From the NCBI RefSeq assembly GCF_008831285.2, contig NC_045138.2, positions 36,022,001 through 36,086,000 of the forward strand: 64,000 bases of DNA, written 5' to 3'. Each line of letters begins with the position of its first letter. Within the stretch, counting starts at the first letter, position 1. Positions 26,996-38,607 of the stretch are shown piece by piece. Made by a program: the position numbers and the translations under genes. Under the pieces are notes generated by a model. It did not search any database and was not told where the DNA came from. It was given only the letters and a program-made list of their open reading frames with translations. Source of the stretch: Nymphaea colorata. Taxonomy: Eukaryota.

Positions 26996-29478
26996 CAGAT
27001 GAGCGAATCAATAAATGCTATAAGCTAGAAATAATTTTTGAATGCAAGTTACTCTATTTACTTTGAAAACTCCTTGTGCAGCTAAGAATGCATCATGTCA
27101 TCACCACCAAGAAGGAGGACGTTACTTGCAAGGAAGAAACTATTCCTTGAAGGTGAAAACTAACCAATAAAGCAAGATACCATCACAACGTCATTGTCCA
27201 TGCTCCACGAATTGAAGAATTCCTTCAAGAGCACAGGACAAATTGACTACCACTTGGATTATACACTTTTGGGAATGGCTGCTTGTGGGACTGGGTAGCC
27301 AGGACAGTGGGCTCGTCGTGGTTCAGAAGTTTGAGATTGGTGAGGACCTAGTTTTTCAATGGTGATGATGCTGAGAAGACCCAGCTTGAAAACTGCGGAC
27401 CCATCTCCATAAATGAAGTGGTTGATGTAACAGGAAGGATCCAAAGCTTTCATTGAGGTTGTATACATTCGCGCAGAACTTCCAAAATTTGAGGTTTCTT
27501 TTGAAGCACGGGCCTGGTTGGGATCCGAATCAACAAGGCACAATCGTACTGTTGGGATGGGAGAAGGGTAGAAAGAGAGCGATACAAACCATATATTTTG
27601 CCCTCTAGGATATAAACTTCTCATAAGATAGTTTACTTGGCGATACAGCTATTGATTAGTTAATGAGGCAAAAAATACGAAATATGTTTTTTTTTAAAAT
27701 AAAATAAAACAGAACCAGCAGAGTTCCCCAGTTGTTGACATCCGAACTCATGTTCGGTTTAAGCTAACCAAACTTGGAGAAACAAAAGCTTGTCTCTTAA
27801 TTAAAGGGGCAAACATTTCGTTCAGTTTTTAATGCCACTTTCCTACCATATATAGTTTAATGGCCTTTTTGGGTGGGGGAAGAGATTTTGAAACTTATAT
27901 AATTTTCATAGGGTGGTGTGCTAAATCAAGCGACGGAGCTCAAAATGGTTGGAGGGGTGTGTGTGTGTGTGTGTGTGTCTAAGTCATAGACTAAACCGAA
28001 CCACATGTCAATCATTATTAACTTTGTACGTGCGTTTGTGGTCATCAAAAAATTAATGGTTCTTACAACACCGCTAACTTGGATTAGGGCTGCAAATAAG
28101 ACTTTATATATTATAATAAACTTTGCAATAACTTAATGGTTTGATTTTTGTTCATAAGTGGCTTGAAATACATTAAACCGATACATTAATTGATATTAGA
28201 TAAAAATTTTAGTTGGATTAGGGTTGCAGTCAAGACGTGCTGGCCGGGCACCATGGCTTTGATCTTAGCAGAATATCAAGTTGAGCACGAGCTTGGCTTA
28301 TTTGAGCCTGACCGAGCTCAAACTCAGTTTAGCTAAACTCAAGCACCAAATATCATCAAGTATAGAAAATTGAAATTGACTAGCTGCAAGATATTGTTGG
28401 ATGATGAGATATTTAAAACATGTCGATGAAGGCACCATAAATTATCATTAGAAATACCATACACCATTGCTATGATATAAAAGGTTGCTAATGCTCCATA
28501 TGGCGTAGTGTTTTTATAGATGGTTTTTAAAAATTTAGTCGATCTGGCAACATTGGCAGCCAGCTGTTTTTGTTTCTCAATCAAGTATGAAATAAATTTG
28601 AATGTTACTTTTTTCAAAATTATTATCTCTTAAAAGAATTAACATTTGAATTTGACTCAAGCTTCGAGTGACTTGACTTGTTGAGCAGCCGATCGAATGA
28701 CCCTTGTAACCGAGCAACTTAGACGGATTTAAATTATCATAGGAGCCCATTTAAACAAGTCTAGTAGGTCACGTCACGGACTAATCCATGATGTCATCCG
28801 ACGAAGTTGCTCGTTTAATTAATGACAATGGTACTCATATAATTCAGATAAGATGAATTTCATTCATTTGAAAGTTTTAATTTTAGGAGATGACTTAAGA
28901 TACTTAGAGGAAAATTTAGAAGCACATTCAACAGGAGCCGCATATGGGTAGGTCTATGCAGTCGCTCACATCAGTCCCACAAAAACTCTTTATTTTCATA
29001 TTGGTCTTTTAAATAAATTTGTCCCCTCGTATATAGTAGTGCCCATCAGCATAAAATTTCTAACTTCCCCCTTGCATCCACATATTTGGCAATGACAAAA
29101 ACCACCACTTTTTCCATCGTTATTAAAAAGTTTCACAGTTTTTTGCCAAATTAACGGTTAAATTAGAAAAAGAATAACATTGTTCCGCTATGTAAACGTG
29201 ACGCGAGAAAAATAATAACTTTGTGAATACATAAGTTTTTGGTGGGCAGCTTTCTTGCATCAACAAATAGTGCAACTAATTTAATGCTAATAAGATTAAC
29301 TATTTTGGATATAATTTCTCGTACTACTGGCATAATTATGTATACTTGAATAATCAGCTAAAAGTTTACTTTATTTAAAAATATTTGTCATCTTGTCAAA
29401 GCTCATCTTTTAGTAACTCACAACTTAGAGCCGTGGTAGAGCCAGAAAAATTTGCTGGCCTACCAAATCAGGGGGCAA

Positions 29479-29614
29479 GGAGACGGTGCTGGTCGTGGTT
29501 GATGGCTTGGCCGGAGACGGTGCTGGTCGTGGTTGATGGCTTGGCCGGAGACGATGCTGGTCGTGGTTGATGGCTTGGCCGGAGACGATGCTGGTCGTGG
29601 CTGATGGCTTGACC
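29479..29614. repeat. Minisatellite, 4 x 34 bp
   Basis: Unit GGAGACG(G/A)TGCTGGTCGTGGTTGATGGCTTGGCC head to tail, no spacers. Confidence 0.95.
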
Positions 29615-31088
29615 GAGTATGGTCATTTTGCGTCATTGCCCAGATATGCTCAACCCGATTGGTAGCAGAGGTGTATCAAGAAAATATTCTAAAATGTTGA
29701 ATGTAGACTTTTGAAAATTTTTTGGGTGATTACACAATGTTGTTCTATGTTGGATGCTATTGGGTAGTTAAAAAGTTAAAGAAATGTTACTAATGAACGA
29801 CTGTCGCATGCATGGTAGGATGGTTTATAATGCAACGGTAGTTTATCGTGTTTTAACTATGACGCATGAGGTTTTCAATTATAGATTTTGAACATATAAA
29901 AATTGGTAGATGCTAGACTTGCTAGATGAATAAAAAACAAACTCAAACCTCGATCTTATAAAAACAATGACAAAAATGTGATGGAATACTAGATATGAAA
30001 AAAATTTAAGAGCTGAGATTGTTCATTATTAGTCTACCATCTAATTGTCTATTACCTACCAATTTCTATACACACACACACAAATGAACAAAAATAAGTT
30101 GACATTACCTATCAATTTCTATTACTTATATCATTTTGATGCCTGTTGATATTAATATACTAGAATAATAAATTGCTTATTTCATATATTAATATTTCAA
30201 AATATCTTTCTCGTTTACATATTGCTGTTCTTTAAAAATTTAAAATGTTATAACTGTACTTAGTCAAAATTCCCGGCACCACCCCTTCCAGTCAGACTTT
30301 CATCAACTAAACACATCAAAAATGAGATTTTGGGCTTTGTTGATATAGATTGGAAAATATCAAAAGTACTAAAAAGACTATCTTATCCTTGGTAAAAGAT
30401 AATCCATTAAAAGAATTCATCGATGACATTTTTTAATTAAATTATTTAGGACTACACGCCTCACTTTACATCTCATTCTATTTAGAATCAGAACAAAAAA
30501 ATGAAAAAAATCATAGATAAACTGGCCAAAAAAATTTAAAGAATAAATAATTATTTATTTGAAAATATTTTTATTTTTTATTAGGAGTAAATGGGTTTTT
30601 AAATATATTTTAATGTTTTTTATTTATGAAGCCTGTATGTTTATTATTTATAAAATTACAGATCGTTTTATATATATTAGACTCCGAACCTGAGATGGTA
30701 TGTTAAAGATTTAAAGCGACAGAAAAATACTTGATGGTCAATGTAAAGAGTCAAAGAATAACTTTTCATAAAAAATATAAAAGTATCCCAATGTGAACGA
30801 TAGAAATTGATTTTTATGTTGGCCACCCCGAAACCCGGAATAGTAAAGTATGTGACGGCCGATCGGGCTTATCAACATCGCGAGTTCCTGTCATCTGCTT
30901 GGTGTTGACTTGCAGTAGCCATCGGATGGCGATGTAATCCCGACGCGGAGGATTGATCGTTGATGTGCTTATCTACAGGCTCCAGCCCACACGATCTGTG
31001 AGTTAAGCCGCACAGAATTCCTGCTTCAGCTCATCATTTCATCTTCCCGTAAATTCAAGCAGCAGCAGCACCTTCCTGAATCGAGACG

Positions 31089-34000
31089 ATGTCGCCATTT
31101 TGTTTCCTACTTTTCCTGGTCTTCATCGCTCCATTGGCGGCATCATTGCCACAGCGTCACCACAAAGTGATCATAGTTGGAGCAGGAATGTCAGGTACCT
31201 ATACAAACTTTATTTTCAGCGAGACCCATCTTTCACTTCTTGACTTGGATGATGTTCAAATCCTCATGATGTTCAAGCCTGTTCTTAGATAAGGTTCTCA
31301 CTTCTCAAGTACAAAGACAAACGTTACTGCTTCATATCTTTGCAATGGGAAAAAATTGTGGCTCTGAATTTATTTCTTCCTTTCCTTTGCGGGACTAGGC
31401 ATTATGGCTGCCAAGAAGCTTTCAGAAAACGGGGTTGATGATTTCTTGATATTGGAAGGCAGTGATCGGATCGGAGGCAGGATGCACAAGCGTGAGTTTG
31501 GGGGAAAAACTATTGAGATTGGTGCCAACTGGATCGAAGGCGTTGGTGGGCATCACTTGAACCCGTTACTGGAGCTTGCCCATGAGTCAGGACTCAGAAC
31601 ATTCTTGTCGGATTACTCCAATATCTCGTCCAATTACTACGATTCAAAGTTGTGATTGTACATCTTTTCCTTTTATACAGTTTACGTTAGCTGCTAAGCT
31701 ATATAACCAGTCCCTTTCCTTGTTTCTTTTTTGAATGTTTTTCCTCTTCTTCAGTGGTAAAGCTATTCCACTTTCCGAGGTTTTGGACATAACGAAAAAA
31801 CAAGAAGCTTCGAACAAGTTTAGCACTAACCTGGTAGCAACAATACGAGCTAACAATGAAGAAGACGTTTCTGTTTTGGAAGCCCACCGCATTTTTGGAT
31901 AGTAAGTTTCCCTATACGAATCAGCCCGCGCATTAGTCTCTGCTTCGGATCTTACAGTTTCAGGCTGAAAAGAATGTTAATGTTGGTTGTTCAAACAAAT
32001 GGAATTAATTGTAGCGTTCCAGAAACACCTTTGGAGATGGCAGTAGACTATGTCGATTTTGACATGGAGATGGCAGGTAGCCATAAATTTATGTTTTATG
32101 AAACGAAAGTGTGTTGAATTTGGTGGAATCTGATTTTCTTCGTACACCTTCCATTTTGTTGATATGTTCTTATCACAGAGCCTCCAAGAGTGACCAGTTT
32201 GAAGAGTGTAATACCCCTTCAAACGCACACATATTATGGTCCAAATGAGCGCTTTGTTGCTGATGAAAGGGGATATGAGCAGCTAGTTCATGGTTTAGGT
32301 GGTAAATTTCTAAAATCAGTGGATGGGAGATTGACTGACGGGCGCCTAATTTTAAGAAAGGTACCATCGTGGGTGTGATTCTGGTTTTCATTAAATCTCA
32401 TTTTGTAGTTATCAATAACTTCAATTCCGGTCAGGTTGTTAGGGAAATTCACTACAGAGATGACTGTGTTCATGTTCTTGTTGAAGATGGAACTTCTTAC
32501 AGTGCAGAATATGTCATACTTTCGGTTAGCTTAGGTGTTCTTCAAAGCAAGCTTATTCGTTTCAAACCTGAATTGCCTGTAAGTGTGGATAGAATCCTGT
32601 TCATGTTCCCTACATACTCTACAGAAATGGATCAATTACTAACGTGCTGGCTTTACTATCTTGCAATTTATCTGGACTTAGCGATGGAAGATCCTTTCCA
32701 TGTACAAGTTTGACATGGCAATCTACATGAAGATATTTCTAAAGTTTCCACATACATTCTGGCCCTCTGGTCCAGGAACTGCAGTTTTCTCGTATGCGAG
32801 CGAAAGAAGGGGTTACTACAACTATTGGGAGGTGGGTGCTTCTCTCTTTTTTGGAGACCAAAATAAAGCATCTTGTTAATTGATTGTAGTTAAACGTCTG
32901 GTAGCATATGGCATGTACAATTGAGTGAATTTCTGAGGCTTACTGCTCAACTCTTTGTTTCCAAAGCACTTGGAGAAGCAGTACCCGGGGTCGAACATAC
33001 TTTTTGTAACAGTTACAGATGATGAAGCCAGGCGTATTGAACGTCAGTCTGATAACGTCACCAAAGAAGAAGCAATGGACGTGCTCCGTAAAATATTTGG
33101 CCCTGAAATTCCTGATGCTTTGGATATTCTTGTTCCAAGATGGGGAATGGATAGACTTCAACGTGGATCTTACAGTAACTGGCCGATAGGCGTAACAGAT
33201 GACGATTTCAACAAGCTAAAGGTAATGCCCTTTAAACGTTGCTTTCACTATTTATCAACCAAGCACTTACAAATTCGGCTCTCTATCAAACTGTATTTGG
33301 CTTTAGGCTCCTGTTGGACGCATTTATTTTACGGGCGAGTATACGAGTTTGGACTACAATGGTTACGTCCATGGCGCTTATTTTGCAGGTACCTTTCTCC
33401 TGCTTTATCTTCTGCTGTGCTTTTCTGGCTTAACCTTGTATTACTTTTATAGTTTCACGTCTCAGATTCAAGTACTTGAGTTTCCTTGAAAGGTTGCCGA
33501 AAGTGTGCAGGTGAAATAAGATCATAGTGTCATAACTGCTGTCAGTAACCTTATGCAGTAGGAGAAAGCCAAATTCTGCAGCATCCACTGCAAACACTCA
33601 CAATTTTAAGTAAACCTTGTCTTTTTTCCATAAAAAAAATTAGCGGGAACTTAGGAAACCAAGTTTGAAGAAGTAATAGGACGAAGAGAAAAAAGCTAAA
33701 AATGTGTGTGTATTATAAGCAGAAGCCTTCTCATAGAAAGGGTTGGTAGGCCTGTTGGCTATACCCCCTGCCATTCAACTCTTTCAATTACTGAAACAAT
33801 TGAAGGTAACTGGCTTCATGCATGGGACTGTGCTATCCGAAAGGCCAGTTATAGTTTCGTTCACAGTGACCCTTAGTGAATAACATGCGGGAAAGGAAAT
33901 GGCCTCCTTGAGATTCTGCTATTGCGTGTGATTCTGGTGTGTTGTCGACTCCGATCCGGTAGATTTGCATGTAGTACTTTTCTGGACATCCTTTGCTGCT

Positions 34001-34220
34001 TAAGTGCACTACTCACATATGTAGAACTGATGGTAGCTAGCTCTGAATCTGCCACTCAAGCTAGGCCAACAATTCCAGTTATTCCTTGAACTAGTTTTTC
34101 ATCTGACAGTCTTTTGCTAATTTCCTTCATAAGAATGTCTCTTTCTCTCTTAATGCATAAATTTGAAAACCAACAGGTATGGAGACCGCTTCTGATGTTG
34201 TGAAGAAGTTAAGAAAATGA
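31089..34220 (+). CDS. PAO: Polyamine oxidase, secreted ZmPAO1-type flavoprotein, copy B
   Basis: Exons 31089-31194, 31399-31648, 31755-31901, 32015-32076, 32179-32360, 32435-32578, 32682-32831, 32967-33221, 33307-33388, 34177-34220; same motifs and intron positions as copy A; no frameshift seen. Confidence 0.92.
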
Positions 34221-34385
34221 CGCTGCTTAGTTGTCTAGAAACAACAATGACAGATGAGCGAATCAATAAATGCTATGAGCTGGAAATAATTGTTGCATGC
34301 AAGTTACTCTATTTATTTTGAAAACTCATTGTTCAGCTAAGAATGCATGATGAGAAAAGGAGCTCTGTCCGTTTCGTTGTTCATG

Positions 34386-34419
<34 letters not shown>

Positions 34420-34674
34420 GAAAGACAAACTATAAAATAGAAAAATGACCCCACTATTCAATGTGCCTTAACTCCAGACTAAGGTCCAGTAGTTAGGCCG
34501 TCTTTGATTCCGCGGAACATAAGTCTTCCCGTCGATGAAGGCAAAGGAATGTGCTGCTCATCCGAATGCCAAGGCTACCAGATTTGCCTCATTCCATTGT
34601 ATATGGAACTCGTAACACCTTGTTCTGCCAACGACCGTTCAAAATTTTCGGATTTATTTTTAAGAGTTCGGCAA

Positions 34675-34913
34675 GGCTCAGGATCTGCAAAAAAATTCTT
34701 ACTCCGTCCGGTGGTTTTCAATCGAGCGATCTCTCTCTCCAACGGTGTACCGATCTTTCTCTCTCTAGTAACCTACATTAGATTTTTATTGCGAACCAAA
34801 CTCGAAACATGTTTCGTTGGGAGAGGAAATTATGCGGAACAACTGAGTGAATAATCATGTTCGAAGCGGTGAAATTTAAAGTACGAACTTTTTTTTTTGC
34901 ATTGCAGTATTCT
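34675..34913 (+). repeat. Diverged duplicate of UreF upstream/leader sequence at 36863-37133
   Basis: Both run GGCTCAG(G/A)ATCTGCAAAAAA...TCGAGCGATCTC...TAGTAACCTA...AAAGTACGAACTTTTT...CAGTATTCT. Confidence 0.85.
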
Positions 34914-34939
34914 TCTCTCTCTGTCTCGAACTAGCCCTT

Positions 34940-35365
34940 CCTTTTTCATCTGTGTTCTATAGTTTCTTTGTTTACTTTATTTTTTTGGTTTTACCATTCT
35001 TTTTATTTTCTTAATGACTACTTGTCATCTAATTTTGTTAATGAATTCCTTGACGACTAAATTTTGTTAATAAACATGTTAATAAACATGTTTCTTTGTT
35101 TACTTAATTTTGTTATAAAAACTTAAATAACAAAAAATAAAAAAAATTAAATAAGAGGTGAAACTTTTAAAAATGCGTAACTGTTGAGTGATTAACAAAT
35201 ACGCACTTAACGATGTGGACCTAAAAAATAGACATTTAAGTTTTCTGCATAATTCCCAAACCACTGCTTTAAAAAAAACCGTAAAATTTGAATGGCAATT
35301 TGTGAAACTACTCATCTCAAAAGCCAAATATATAAAAACAAAAAAATATCAAAATGATAGAAGGT
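34940..35365. repeat. Dispersed AT-rich repeat (probable non-autonomous TE); second copy at about 43120-43470
   Basis: Shared blocks TGTTCTAT, GACTACT..TCA, TTAATGAATTCCT, CATTTAAGTTTTCT, AAATTTGAATGGCAATTT, AAATGATAGAA in the same order. Confidence 0.6.
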
Positions 35366-35508
35366 GAGGAGAAATCGTCTGTTCAAAGAGTGAGGGTCTG
35401 TTCTTGTAGTCCAAATAATTTAATTAATTAAAAAAAAAAAGACCGTCTGACCAGACAGTGAGGGGGTGCTGCTGGCTCGCCAAGGCTTCCCTTTCCTGCT
35501 GGGGCCAA

Positions 35509-35765
35509 TAACCATGAGGAGAAATGGTACTTCCCTTTCCTGCTGGGGCCAACAGTTGCAGTTCTTACATAAACTAGTTTTTCATGTAAACAGTCTTTTG
35601 CAAATTTCCTTCATAAGATCGACTTTTTTGTCTTAATGCATAAATTTGAAAACCAACAGGCATGGAAACCGCTTCTGATGTTCTGAAGAATTTAAGAAGT
35701 GATGCTGCTTCGTTGTGAAGAAACGATGACAGAAGATCGAATTGATAAATGCTATAAGCTACAAG
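35509..35765 (+). pseudogene. Remnant third PAO copy: end of intron 9, last exon and start of 3' UTR
   Basis: AAAACCAACAG|GCATGGAAACCGCTTCTGATGTTCTGAAGAATTTAAGAAG matches exon 10 of copies A and B; no upstream exons present. Confidence 0.85.
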
Positions 35766-37387
35766 TAATGGTGAGAACCAGTTCAAATCAACGTGGATTG
35801 GCTGATTTAGAACCAGTTCAAGAAGACTTCCAGGAATTGATCAGTTATCTATTTTTGCCTATCCATATCCAATTCGACTTTCAAAATGGGATCCAACTTC
35901 ACTGTAATATGTGAGGTTGAATTCGGATGCACTGGAATTGCCACCAAAGTTGGACCATGGATTGATAAGCCATCTCTTTGCCGTTCAAATCAACGTGGAT
36001 TGGCTGATTTAACAGATAAAAATAAAATGATCAAGCAAATGAATCTATCCAGTTTACCATTATTCACATGCATCCGCAGAATCCGAACTGTATCATACAT
36101 TTGGTATGATGTGCTAACAAAGGATCAATCCAACTCTGAACATTTTGAAACATGAACTGAAAACCGATCTTTAGAATAATTTGGACAAAGGTACTCAATA
36201 AATTAGCCAAGTTCCAGCAGCTCGTCTTGAATTTGGACAGGATCAGGCGATCGACGAGGTTCTGGGGACTAAATTACGATAATGGATCCGCGTTGTCAAT
36301 GTCCCACTTTACCCCAGATATTCTGGATAAGCGAGCAAGCGCCCATTCAAGAAGACTTCCAGGAAAGTATCGGGGATTCCTCCCTCTCGCTGACCTCCCG
36401 CTTCCTCCGTCCTATTATTCCTACGTCCTCCGGTCAAAGTTTAACATCCAATTTCATCCTGAAATGGGAAGAGATTGAGAGAAATCTGATCTTCAACCTT
36501 TCATTCTTAAAGCCCGCAGTCCTCCGTCGTCGATCGATCAGTCTCTCCCTCTTATTTAGCGTAAGTTTCAGACTACGACTTCTTCATTCTGGATGATTTC
36601 TTGATTATTTTTTCTGGGTTTTGTTGTGTAATTGTTAGAACCAAGGTGGCGTGGCTGTTCCTACGATTTTCCTTCTTTCTGCTTTATGAGAACTTGGGAA
36701 TTGGGAGCCCTTGAAAGGCAGGATATTTCGAGAAATTGCATTTATATTTTTCCCTTTTTCTGGATTAAATGGGTCCGCGCCCGCACAGGAAGTGGAGCTC
36801 AGGACACCGTCGGAGAGACGGTGGGGTTCAAGAGTGAAAAGGGGATCGTCCGGCCAAAGGATGGCTCAGAATCTGCAAAAAAGTTCTTAGTCCGTCCGGT
36901 GGTTTTCAGTCGAGCGATCTCCCTCTCGAACGGTGTACTAATCTCTCTCTCTCTCTCTCTCTCTAGTAACCTAGGGCCCTTTGTGCATAAGATTTTTATT
37001 GCGAACTAAACTCGAAGCATGTTTGGTTGGACCGTTGGGGGAGAAGGAAATTATGCGGAAACTGAATGAATAATCTTGTTCGAAGCAGTGAAGTTTAAAG
37101 TACGAACTTTTTTTTTTTGCATTACAGTATTCTAGTTATGTTTTATCGAGACGTGGAGCACCGGAGAACACACAATGCAGGACGTAATAATAGATTATAG
37201 ATCAGATACTGGGCGCTTTACTAAGAGCGATATTTGACATGAGGAATCATGAAAGTGATTGCTGAATAGGTTAGCAAGTTCCAGTATCTATAAGAACTAG
37301 AATCCTTGCAGTTTCTATCTTACTGTTTCTGAATATTCCGATTGGCCTGCATCCAGCAGAGACTTGTTAATTAAGTTTTGACTATGC

Positions 37388-37429
<42 letters not shown>

Positions 37430-37887
37430 AATTTGATGCGTAAAGTACAGAGTTGGCTTTGGGACTTCAAATACTGTCCATTGCTCACCCTCATAGCTAA
37501 TATAATGGTGGTATAGTGTCTTTGATCCTGGTTCTTGAGCAGTACTTGCTCTCTAGTTCCAGTATCATTTTCAATTTTTTCCCAACATCAGATATGACAG
37601 CAACTTAAACTTTCCAGTTTTTTTGCCATAGTATTGTTTATGTGACAGCTTAAAACCTCACAAACTGATAGATGTATTTGACTTACTATTGGGTTCTTGG
37701 CAGATGTAGCGAGATCATATTCTGTACTCTGCTGGTAAAATTCGGGTTGTTATTGCTGGTTGAAATGTTCTGGACCTATTTGATCAACAAAGAGCGAATT
37801 AGTACTGAATGGTTCTAGTTTTCTTCACTAGTTACTTGAAGCCTTTTCATTGGTTACGGTAAGTTTCTCTTGCCTGTGGAATGCTCG

Positions 37888-38607
37888 ATGGAAGTAGATG
37901 AAAAAACTGAAAAGTCTCCATCTGGGGATCAACTTATGCAATGGAATCAATGGCAACTATTGGATTCCATTCTTCCAACTGGTGGATTTGCTCATTCTTA
38001 CGGTCTTGAGGCTGCTGTGCAAGCAGGTATGGTTCTTGGGCCGGAAGATCTCAAAACATACATAATCCAAATATTAGAGAATACAGGTAGCCTGCTGCTC
38101 CCTTTTGTGAATAAAGCAAACAGGTTTCCTGATCTGGAGACATCGTCCCTGCTTGACAGAACATTGGAAGCAACTTTAACTAATGAAGTAAGCAGAAAAG
38201 CATCCGTTACTCAAGGATCAGCTCTCTTGAGGGTGGCTGCTTCCGTGTTTACTGAGTTGCCGATTCTTAAGAAAATGAGGGAACTGCTACTAAGTTCAGG
38301 AATCGTCTATGTTCACCATGCACCAATTTTCGGGTTGGTAACTGGTCTCCTTGGCTTCGATTCAGCAACAAGTCAGCGTGCTTACATGTTCATGACGATG
38401 CGGGACATAATTTCTGCAGCAACAAGACTGAATTTGGTTGGGCCATTAGGAGCAGCAGTGCTGCAGCACCAAGTAGCTCAAGTGGCAGAAGGAATTGTGA
38501 GGAAGTGGCTTAATCGGCCGGTTGAAGAGGCATGCCAAATAGCTCCCCTGGTTGATACTGTACAGGGTTGTCATGGGTATTTGTTTTCTCGGATGTTTTG
38601 TTCCTGA
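37888..38607 (+). CDS. UREF: Urease accessory protein F (intronless CDS)
   Basis: QWQLLDSILPTGGFAHSYGLEAA, HHAPIFG, RLNLVGPL and C-terminal QGCHGYLFSRMFCS; first in-frame ATG at 37888. Confidence 0.95.
   Translation: MEVDEKTEKSPSGDQLMQWNQWQLLDSILPTGGFAHSYGLEAAVQAGMVLGPEDLKTYIIQILENTGSLLLPFVNKANRFPDLETSSLLDRTLEATLTNEVSRKASVTQGSALLRVAASVFTELPILKKMRELLLSSGIVYVHHAPIFGLVTGLLGFDSATSQRAYMFMTMRDIISAATRLNLVGPLGAAVLQHQVAQVAEGIVRKWLNRPVEEACQIAPLVDTVQGCHGYLFSRMFCS

Noticed and set aside
27100..27650. Possible decayed protein-coding fragment (F-box/LRR-like) duplicated at 21440-21790
   Set aside because: Only vague similarity (e.g. IVHAPRIEE) among many stops; needs tBLASTx to call.
29479..29614. 34-bp repeats as a CRISPR array
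   Set aside because: Units are contiguous with no spacers, there are no cas genes, and the context is plant nuclear DNA.
37870..37887. UreF start at TTG 37870 as given in the ORF track
   Set aside because: Non-ATG start comes from bacterial-style ORF calling; ATG 37888 gives a normal-length protein.
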